From Psilocybe cubensis (lineage: Eukaryota): 64,000 nucleotides of DNA. Every line of letters begins with the position of its first letter. Positions within the stretch are counted from its first letter, which is position 1. Shown piece after piece: positions 53,114-64,000 of this stretch. A model generated the notes under the pieces. That model did no database searches. It was not told the DNA's origin and saw only the letters and a list, made by a program, of their open reading frames with translations. The position numbers and the translations under genes are program-made. The stretch is from the NCBI GenBank assembly GCA_017499595.2, contig CM039006.1, positions 1,178,001-1,242,000 of the forward strand, written 5' to 3'.

Positions 53114-53408
53114 ATGTCGTCCAAGACTCAAAACTCAGCAACTGACATTGAAAATGCACTGACCTTCCTCAATGTCGCGAAGGCAGAACTGCAAGACCAG
53201 CCAGAAATCTACGATAAATTTATAAAGCTAATGAAGACGTTTCACCAGAATCAGTGAGTGACTCGCAATAGCAGGCCCTCTGGCCGTTGCCTGCAACTAA
53301 AAAAATGTACCCAGGATTAGCGCGGAGGAAGTCACTCAGAGTGTCAGGGACCTATTTACAGGGTACCCATCCCTCATCGAGGGATTCGGGCAATTCTTGC
53401 CAAACTAA
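53114..53408 (+). CDS. Single PAH-domain microprotein (77 aa), Sin3 PAH1-like
   Basis: Exons 53114-53253 and 53315-53408: MSSKTQNSATDIENALTFLNVAKAELQDQPEIYDKFIKLMKTFHQNQ|ISAEEVTQSVRDLFTGYPSLIEGFGQFLPN*. TATAAATA at ~52910. Missed by the ORF track. Confidence 0.82.
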
Positions 53409-54273
53409 CCTAGCAGTTGCGAACGTAAACAGAATGTTCAATGCCAAAAAAAGTTTGACCAACATGGTCGTCCTGTGACAAGCTAATTGTGCTGTACTGA
53501 CATGTGATAATTCTGTCCGGTTAGAGCAGATACTGGACAATAAACCTGCAGTCTCACTTTATTTAAAATTTGAGAGCTGTCTCTTTCAGCGAGACAGCTC
53601 GCAGTTCCTTGAATGGTCAGAATATACGGTTAGAAACGAGTCCCTGTTTGAGCCGGAATTAGGTGGGAATATCAGTCCCCAACTTGAAGGAGTCAGCCGT
53701 GTAGCCGGGCTCTGGGAATCCCAATGAATACTCCCCATCTCAGGAAGACTCGGACATTTGGAGTGGGTGTAGTCGGTGGGAATACGCGCTGAACGGCCGG
53801 TTGTTTTAGGGTGTTTTCAGCTACTGGAAGCTTCGCGGTAACTCGCTGGCACGTATTCCACTTGGAGCATTGTCGAGGTAAACATGGAGCTTGCTCGCTA
53901 GTGGCAGCAGAGTACGGTACAAAGAACCAAAGTAACACTCTCGGGAGCCTATTCGTCATAATAGTGTCTCTGTCGAGTGAAATTCAACTAGTAATGCAAG
54001 ATGGAAAAAATGTTATCAAGTACAGATGAAAGTAAGTAGTAGCATTAACGTTGAGACTTGTGAACGTAAGCGATGAAATAGTAGAACAAAGAGAAGGAAA
54101 GTGGACTCTCCGAAGTAGAAAACAAGTGTTACATTAGGAATTACGAATAACAGCGAAGAACCAAGGAGACTGATGAAAGGTAAAAAACAAAAAGGGACAA
54201 ATTTTCACACTGGGTACCGAAGAACGAGAGGTGAATGTGCCGCTGATGATAGTGGGCATTAGGAACACGTCAG

Positions 54274-54958
54274 CTACGCCAACATGGGGTCTCCATCGCT
54301 CCCTATGATGTAGAGAAGACTATCAAGAAGGTCTGCTTGATTGGTTAACAAGGAAGTGAGCTTCCTCGTCGTGGTTTCCTAAAGTGTAAGATGGGTAGAT
54401 GGATGTTAGCCGAACACAAAACTAGAGAGGAACAACACCCAGACCTGGTCTACTTCACGATGATAGTGGGCAGACAGAATGGAGAACATATCGTCGTAAA
54501 CATTCTGCCCACAACGGCTCAGGACTTTCTCTGTGAGTCTGATGGTGCGGTACATGGTATCGAGCTTCTGTATTGTTGACGCTCTTGCATCGTTTCGTGT
54601 GGAAGTGCTGGCATCCATAGTGACACCTTCTGGAAGGAAGACATTGAATCGTTGGATAAGATCGCTATGTCCTTTTAGCATCTCGCGGATTCGTTTCAAA
54701 AGTATGTCGGTTGAAAATCTGGGGGTGTAGATTAGTAATGAATTCTGTCCAGGACGATGAGGATTGGACGTCGTAGGCGCACTCATTTTGATTCCACTGC
54801 CTCAGAGTCGACAGAAACTCATCATAGATCGCAGGCTGGTCGCTGAAGGCTCGTTTAACAGCGTCGAGATACGCGTTATAGTCGTCGCGGGCGACTGAAC
54901 TGTGGTTCAAGCCACCGACGGTAGCTTTCGGTTTCCGACCATGGGGTTCCATGGGCAT
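54274..54958 (-). CDS. Two-PAH-domain small protein (184 aa), Sin3 PAH1+PAH2-like
   Basis: Exons 54958-54783, 54718-54445, 54378-54274: YNAYLDAVKRAFSDQPAIYDEFLSTLRQWNQNE|FSTDILLKRIREMLKGHSDLIQRFNVFLPEG...RCGQNVYDDMFSILSAHYHREVDQ|ETTTRKLTSLLTNQADLL. Confidence 0.82.
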
Positions 54959-56169
54959 AGCTTGTGGAGTATACTAAGGAAAGGGGAGGAATTTTAGCTT
55001 GCAGAGGCGAATATGCCTACCAGGCCTATATGCTGTTCCGGTAATTGTAGTTCTAAGAGGGTCGCGCGAGAGGGGCGTCAATCGATTAACTTTATCTAGT
55101 CGGGCCGTAGACGATACGTGGGCAACTAAAAATAGACGGATTCGGTGCGCATGCCGATGTCCTACCGCATATTTCCGTGCTGCTTCTTCGGTTATTTATC
55201 CGATAAATAAGCACTGCACACCCGGTAGAGAGTATGAAGCCTACTGGATGAAAGTCAAGGGGTCCAACCAAGGTCGCTGGAGCTAGTGTTCTGCAGACCG
55301 AATCGTAGTGGGGTCTTGCTGAGTGAGATATTTTTATTTTTATGCAGTGGCAATCAGGCTGATAAAAGTGGATTGGTAACTCCGAGACAGAGGCTTAGTG
55401 CCATTTACAATTCAAGTTCATCATGTATCACATACATTTTATAAACACGTTCAGATTCAATCTAACTCCAGATAGTTTATACACTTTGCAGTGCTTGTGT
55501 ACTAGTTTGCATTGCAATCACCCCACTCTATTTTAATCTGTTGGGAGATTCAGGCTGCCGAGGTTGGAACTTGGTGGGGAGTTATAACTTGTATAAACCA
55601 TGTTCAAGTTTCGCTATATAATCAAGCGCCCATGACAGGAATGGTTACTAAGGAAGAATATTTGCATATATTCGTATTGGCGAACAGAAATCCAACCATC
55701 TTGCATCCCTCTGCATTTCTGCGATGCACGGACACTCACGGCATGAATTAAGCCCTTTAAGAATAGGGCATTTGTAACCTGACTTTAGAGCACTCGAAAT
55801 AAGCTTAGAAAGTGGATTGTGCACCCTTCCATAAGGAGTGATTGTATGTTTGCTGAGTGCAGGGTGTGATCTGTGCGATTTTTACTTATACTGCCTTGGG
55901 CCTGAAACATCAATACGGAGCAAACGAAAGGTAGACCTGGCATTTGAGCGAGCGGAATGATTTACTTAACTTATGGAAGTGGCTACTGGATGCTGTACTT
56001 TCCTGCAGAATACTGCCTAGAGTCGCTAATGGCGGCAGAGTAAGGGAGAACGCGTAGCCCCTATGAAGGGGTAGGCGGGCCGAGACATACACGTGATGAA
56101 TGATCGGTGCACAGACCTGGCCTGTGTTTTCATCAGAGGACCGTCACACCTGGCAGGACTACGCCGACA

Positions 56170-59100
56170 ATGGATCCAGACAGCAGCATGCCCATCGATT
56201 CTCCCGTCCCTGCTGTGCCTGTAACCCTGCCACCTCTCTCCGAGCTTGCTCCAGAGCCTGTAGAGCGGATAGTAACGCCCTTGGACCCGAAACCTGCGCA
56301 GTCTCTCGACACTCACCTCCCTCCAGTAGCAACCACTTCGCAGCGATCTCGCAGGGGTTCCCCGATGGACCCTCAGAGTTATTCCAACATTGACCGTCCC
56401 CTCAATGTCACCGACGCCCTGTCCTATTTGGATGCCGTCAAAATTCAGTTTCAGGACCAACCAGACGTCTATAACCACTTCCTTGACATCATGAAGGAAT
56501 TCAAAAACGAACAGTCCGTCTTCTTTTGTCACGCTTGACGCCGTGCTTTATTCTGACCTCGTTGCAGAATTGATACCCCGGGCGTAATAAAGCGTGTATC
56601 TCATCTTTTCAATGGCCACCCTATGCTTATCCAGGGCTTCAATACTTTCTTACCTGTTGGCTACCGCATCGAATGTTCAAAAGACCCATATGATCCTGGC
56701 TACATCACTGTTACAACGCCGAGCGGAACGACAATCCAAACCACGGGTAGCGGCTCAGGGAGACTATCGTGGTCAACCGCTCCTGCTGCACCAGTTCCTC
56801 GTCATGAGCTCGCTCCTGGTTTCAGTAGGCTTCCAGTTGTCAGCTCTTTCGTCCGCATCTAACCGTAGCGCGATTTCAGATACGCCTGGTGAACATAATG
56901 CTCCTATGCCCGTGGCGTCACCGGATCCGAGAACGTATGGAATGGATGGACAGGCCATCGAACCAGCGGTGCAGTACGTCCAGAAGATCAAACAGCGGTG
57001 TGACCCGGAGACCTATCGCCAATTCCTGGACATCCTTTCGCGGTATCACCACAAACCAGACACCATTGATGAGGTTCGTCGTCATTCCCATTTGTCCCGG
57101 ATGTTCGCATAATCACCATGCTACCTATCTTTGTACCCTTACAATCGGCACCTTTAGGAGGAAGTCTCCAAGCAGATTGCACGTCTATTCAAGGATGCCC
57201 CCGACCTCCGGGCAGATTTCCGTGTCTTTATGCCTGATCGAAGCCAACAGCTCATGGAAGACACAGCCACGACCTCTCTCTCACATGCACGTGACAGGGA
57301 GAAAACCCGCCGGACAGGGAAACTCGACTCTGTTGTGGGTTCAATGAGCAATCACCACAGTACCAGCAACGCACCTGTTGCCCTCCCTCAGAAACGGAAA
57401 CGAAAGCCGGCAGAGAAGGAGCGTGAAAGGGAGAAGGAGCCTACGCCCGTCAAGACTGTGGCACCCCCAGCCAAGGTACTGTCTTTCCTACCCTTTGTTC
57501 ACAGCCAACAGGACCGAGTCTTATCATGATTTTTGGTGATCAGAAAGCAAAACATGGCTCTTCAACGCAAGATGTTTTGCCTACGTCCTACCCCACTCCA
57601 AAACCCATCGCATCTGCACCTTCCTCTCCTCGTCGCTCATCCCACCAAGTGTTGCCTCCCCAAGAGGTTGCCCCACGAGCGCCTCCGGTCCACGACAAAA
57701 CCTTATTCTTTGATCGTGTCAAACGTGCCTTGGATAACCGAGACCTTTACAACGAATTCCTCAAATTGGCCAACTTGTTCGCTCATGACTATATCGATAC
57801 TGCCCGCCTTGTGAAAGAAAGCAGGAACTTCCTGGGAAATACCGAGCTGTACACACAGTTTAGGGAAATACTTGGATGGGACGATAAGAAAGAGCGAGAA
57901 CATTTTTTGTCCGAGCAGCATACCCAAAGTAATTGGGCTAAACCTGCTATCGCTGGGCTCCCGGAGAGGCCAGGTAGAATTGACTTAGGCGAGAAGTATG
58001 GGAGCTACAGGAGGGTGTCTGCCACGGTACGGTACACTCCCTTTCATTGATTTTTGATGTGCTTATATCTTCTCTTCCTTTTTCCTTTTCCAGGATGCGA
58101 ACGTGCCCTGTTCTGGACGAGATGACATGTGTCGCTCTGTCCTCAACGACGAGTGGGTGTCGCATCCAACTTGGACCAGTGAAGACTCCGGATTCATTTC
58201 ACAGCGAAAGAACATCTACGAAGAGGCGCTTCACCGAAGCGAAGAGGAGCGACACGAATACGACTTCCACATCGAAGCCATCGTCCGCACCATTGCGATG
58301 CTCGAACCTATCAACAACAAAATTGCCCAGATGAACCCAGATGACCGGGCGTCGTTCAAGCTAAAACCCAACCTCAATGGCACATGGAAGGCCATTCACC
58401 AGCGTGTGATAAAGAAGATCTATGGGCGTGAGGCGGGGCTTGATGTCATCGCGGCGATGCAGGAGACGCCTGCGGCTGCTATTCCAGTCGTGCTGCAGCG
58501 GCTGAAGCAAAAGGAAGAAGAGTGGAAGCGCGCGCAGCGGGAGTGGAACAAGGTCTGGCGTGATGTTGATGCGCGCAATTACGCCAAGAGTCTGGATTGC
58601 CAGGCGGTTATGTGGAAGGTGTCCGACAAGAAAGCCATCACCGTCAAGGCGTTTGTGAATCAGGTCGAGACTGCGCGGGAGGAGCAGCACGCTAAGCGTG
58701 CTGCGCTCATTGACCCACTATTTGCTCGCACTCGTCCGCGCTATCAACTTTCCTTTGAGATTGATGTGGATGAGGGAATTTTACAGGATGTCGTCAAGCT
58801 CACTTTTTCGTACCTTGACCGAACACAGGGCCAACTGTCGGCGGTTGAGCGGAAGCGAATCGAGAACTTTATGCGGGTGTTTGTCCCCCTGTTTTTCGTG
58901 ATTGGTTCTGTGGAGTTCAATGCAGGCCTGGTTCACCAGGAGACGGTTGTGGAGAGCGACGTAGAGGTGGGCAACAACGGGGTGCCCAGCGACGGTGAGG
59001 ACGTGGGTGAAGGCCCGTCGTCAACACCTCCGCCCCAGGCCCCCGTTGCGAAGGGACGAAACGGACGCAAGCACACTGCAAATGTGTCGTCTGGGGGCGA

Positions 59101-60608
59101 TCTGCGCAAGAAATTGCTCAAGAGCGAACAGGCGAAGATGACTAACCGCAAGACGCGGGGCGGCCCGTCTCCAGCCGTATCCCGGTTCGCTTCTCCCGCC
59201 GTCTTAGACGATGAGCGTGGGGTGGGCGGCGAGGCGATGTTCGTATTCCCTCCTGGTGCGGGCAAGCGGTCCTCCAAGTTTAATAACGTGTTCTTCACCA
59301 ATACCTCATTCTATGCCTTGATGAGGTTAATCGAGGTAAGTCCTATTCCGTGATTTCTTTGCTTGGCTACTTGCTCACATAGTTTTTTTTATAAGCTTTT
59401 ATATGCGCGATTGAAGGTGTTCAAGGGCATTGCCGCTGAGCTTGCTTCAAAGGACGAGTCATCGTCGAAGGGAAAGGCTAATGCGAACAATGCAGCAACA
59501 AAGGATAACAAGCACCACTACGAAATCTTGCTTGGACAGTGTGAGGCCTTATTCACAAACGAGCTTGAGCAACACGTGTTTGAGGATCAGACAAGGGCTG
59601 TCTTTGGATACAAGGTGATTTCCAATTATCATTTTTTTCTCCAGAACTTGGACGATTGACATTTTCTGTCTGACCAGGAGGCTTATAAGATCTTCACCGT
59701 CGATAAGGTCGTCAGTGCAATTATCAAGCAGGTAAATGAATGCTTTGAATATGTTATGAACGTAACCTGATATACATTACCAGGTCCAATCGATCATCTC
59801 GGACCCCAAGAGCCAAGAATTGCTTGAGCTTCTCAAGCGTGAGAGGTCGTTGAACTCACCCACAACTCAAGACAGAATCAACTACCGTCATCAAGCGGAA
59901 AATATTTTAGGACCCGATGAAAATGTTTTCCGCATCGACTGGGTATGCTTTTTATTAATAAACCTCGGATTACGGCGTCTAACACATTTTATCTGCTTTT
60001 CAAGCTATCTGAAAGCAAAACGATGACGATACAGCTTATTGGGAAGGATGACTCCATGTTTGACGATTCCGAGGCGCTGACAGGGAGGTGGCAGTCCTAT
60101 GTTGATGCTTTCGTCTCGGTACGATTTTTCCCGTGGCGCAAAATAGTTTCATCAGCGCTGATACCTTTGAATCTTAGGGAGATACGACTGAAGGGGTTCT
60201 ACAAAGTCGCGTCAAGAAACCGTACCTGCGAAGGTAATTACAATTCCCTAACAACAATTTACTTGGACCACGACTGACACAAAATGTTTGTACAGGAATC
60301 TCCCTTCTGCCGTGAAAGAGACCGTACCCGATGTTTCTTCACAAGACGGTTTAGAGATAAAAGTCTGCTTACGGACTTACAGATTGTTCTATGGCTCCCA
60401 TACAGAGGATATCATGTGGAAGTATCGGAGTAAGGATGAGGTAGAGAGGAATTCCGTGCAGTTGGCAGCTAGGAACGCCTTACGGAGGAAGTGGTTAGCC
60501 AATCTCAATTCCTCGAAAACAGATAGCGCAATTGTGGCTCCTGGTTCGAGCCCGAGTGAAGACGTTGCACTGCCGGTGGCAACGACTGAGACGACGACGA
60601 CGTCATAA
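56170..60608 (+). CDS. sin3: Sin3-family transcriptional corepressor (PAH1-3, HDAC-interacting domain, Sin3 C-terminal region)
   Basis: [124 protein letters not shown]. Confidence 0.95.
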
Positions 60609-61484
60609 CACAGCGTGTCTTGGATTAGTCGGCTCTGGCTTGACACAAAGATCTCTATTTATTTCTTTTTTTTCTTTCCTTCTCTCTATTTCTTTTTGCA
60701 TACGACTGCGTCCTGATCTTTATTTCCTTTGCTTTCGATCATTCATTCTCATCCTATTTGTTGTACCATGTATTTTATGTATCTTCTTAATTCCAATAAT
60801 GTCGAGTGGCTCCAAAGCTATATATTTGAAGTCTCGCGGCAGTCAGTGCATTTGTGCCGCAAATATCGAGTTCTGGTTTCAATCTACCACAGCTAATTCT
60901 TTCTTATTTCACTCCATATTCGTTCTGACAGCGGTAAGACGAATTGACGAAAATAAGATCGACAAACTTTCCAACTTTAATTTGCTCATATAGTGGGTGT
61001 GTCACATTGATTGATTGGTCGGACTTGCAGATGCATTGATTCCATTTAAACTGACGGCTCATTGGTATCGTCCTGGGTCCATGTTTAATGGGATCGGCTA
61101 TCCAGCCGGGTGAAAAATTCTGAGTTTGTCGGCTACACAAATGACACCTGGAGAGACGCCCATCACTCGCGATTGAGACAAGAGTAAGAACAATTCGTTC
61201 GGACAATCTTATCATGAACACAACTGAATACCTAGTGGCCAAAAATGAGAGTTGGAGAACTGGGGACGAGTAGATTTGGCGCTAACTTTGAGACCAAATC
61301 CAATTTATTTCAGGCATCATGTGCTGGGAAGTCGCATCGAGAGCAAAATCCGGTCAATCGAAACGACGGGTTGGGACTAGTTAGATTTTCTCACTGTGGT
61401 GCTCTCCAGTCGGATAAATAGGCAGGGAATTCGTCTAAGCCATACCATCCAACACCACCTAAATTGTCATCTCTCACACTCAAC

Positions 61485-63351
<1,867 letters not shown>

Positions 63352-63898
63352 ATAGTTAACGCTCCTGTACCATACGTATTCAATTGAAGCAAGCCGAACT
63401 GTAAGCTTGTTTTGCGGAAGTAGAATTAATGGCAACAAACTGTAGCAATGAAGTAGAACTGTCCCTGTATCATGAAGTTAAATAAAAACTCAGACAACGA
63501 ATTAATATATTGATTCTTAGTGTATATCGGACTGCATCGGTTTCGGCCAATTGTGGGGCCGTTCCCGAACTAGTCCTTTAAGCGCCCACATATGTAGCAA
63601 TCAGCACCCGATATGAGTACACCAGTATATATGAGTAGAACCATAGCATTATCGGACTCAGTTCTGGCAGTATTCCAAAGTCATTTAGTTTTGTATAGGA
63701 ACTGAAAATCTCCTTTTGAGGAAACCGAGCTTGAAGAGGCACGTTAGACATATGCGACGGGTCACGAGCGTTAGATTGTCAAACTATTTACACAGAAGTA
63801 AAATAAAGCTCCCAAAGGGAAAAAAATGGTACGCTCAATCAATGAGTGTACTACACCCTATGTACTGCCAATACTACAACAATCTGTTGGCAAAAGAA

Positions 63899-63981
63899 TG
63901 GACTCATCGGGAATTGAACCCGACACCTTTCGCAATCCATAAATGCAAAGCGAACGTGATAACCAACTACACCATAAGCCC
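63899..63981 (-). tRNA. tRNA-Ala(TGC) with a 9-nt intron
   Basis: Reverse complement GGGCTTATGGTGTAGTTGGTTATCACGTTCGCTT-TGC-A[TTTATGGAT]TGCGAAAGGTGTCGGGTTCAATTCCCGATGAGTCCA; G3:U70 alanine determinant present. Confidence 0.93.
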
Positions 63982-64000
63982 AGTGAAAAGGTTTTCACGT

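Overview
Intron-rich fungal genomic DNA, most likely from a basidiomycete of the Agaricomycetes (short GT-AG introns, family content). Gene models were rebuilt by hand by splicing the ORF fragments. The first ~17 kb is a microsatellite-rich island holding one giant low-complexity gene (~2,200 aa) that ends in a small RRM-like domain. The rest is compact. It carries a thaumatin-like gene and a thaumatin-like/ricin-B fusion, an oxidoreductase-like N-terminal domain protein, a cytochrome P450, an aryl-alcohol dehydrogenase (AKR), tRNA-Asp, a bestrophin/UPF0187 channel, two tandem GH105-like hydrolases, a DUF6534 membrane protein, two tandem SLATT-like 2TM genes, rps26, a secreted Ser/Thr-rich protein, a PARP-type zinc-finger protein, SIN3, an aldehyde dehydrogenase and tRNA-Ala. 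Three things stand out. (1) Two tiny intact PAH-only genes (77 and 184 aa) sit directly beside SIN3 and share its intron positions, so they are candidate Sin3 microProtein decoys. (2) A 1.45-kb palindrome is built from two 715-bp Mutator-like MITE copies with interlocking 9-bp TSDs and an inverted spacer, about 300 bp upstream of the first PAH gene. (3) A tandem pair of SLATT-like effector-domain genes. Family names come from motif recognition only; no database searches were run.
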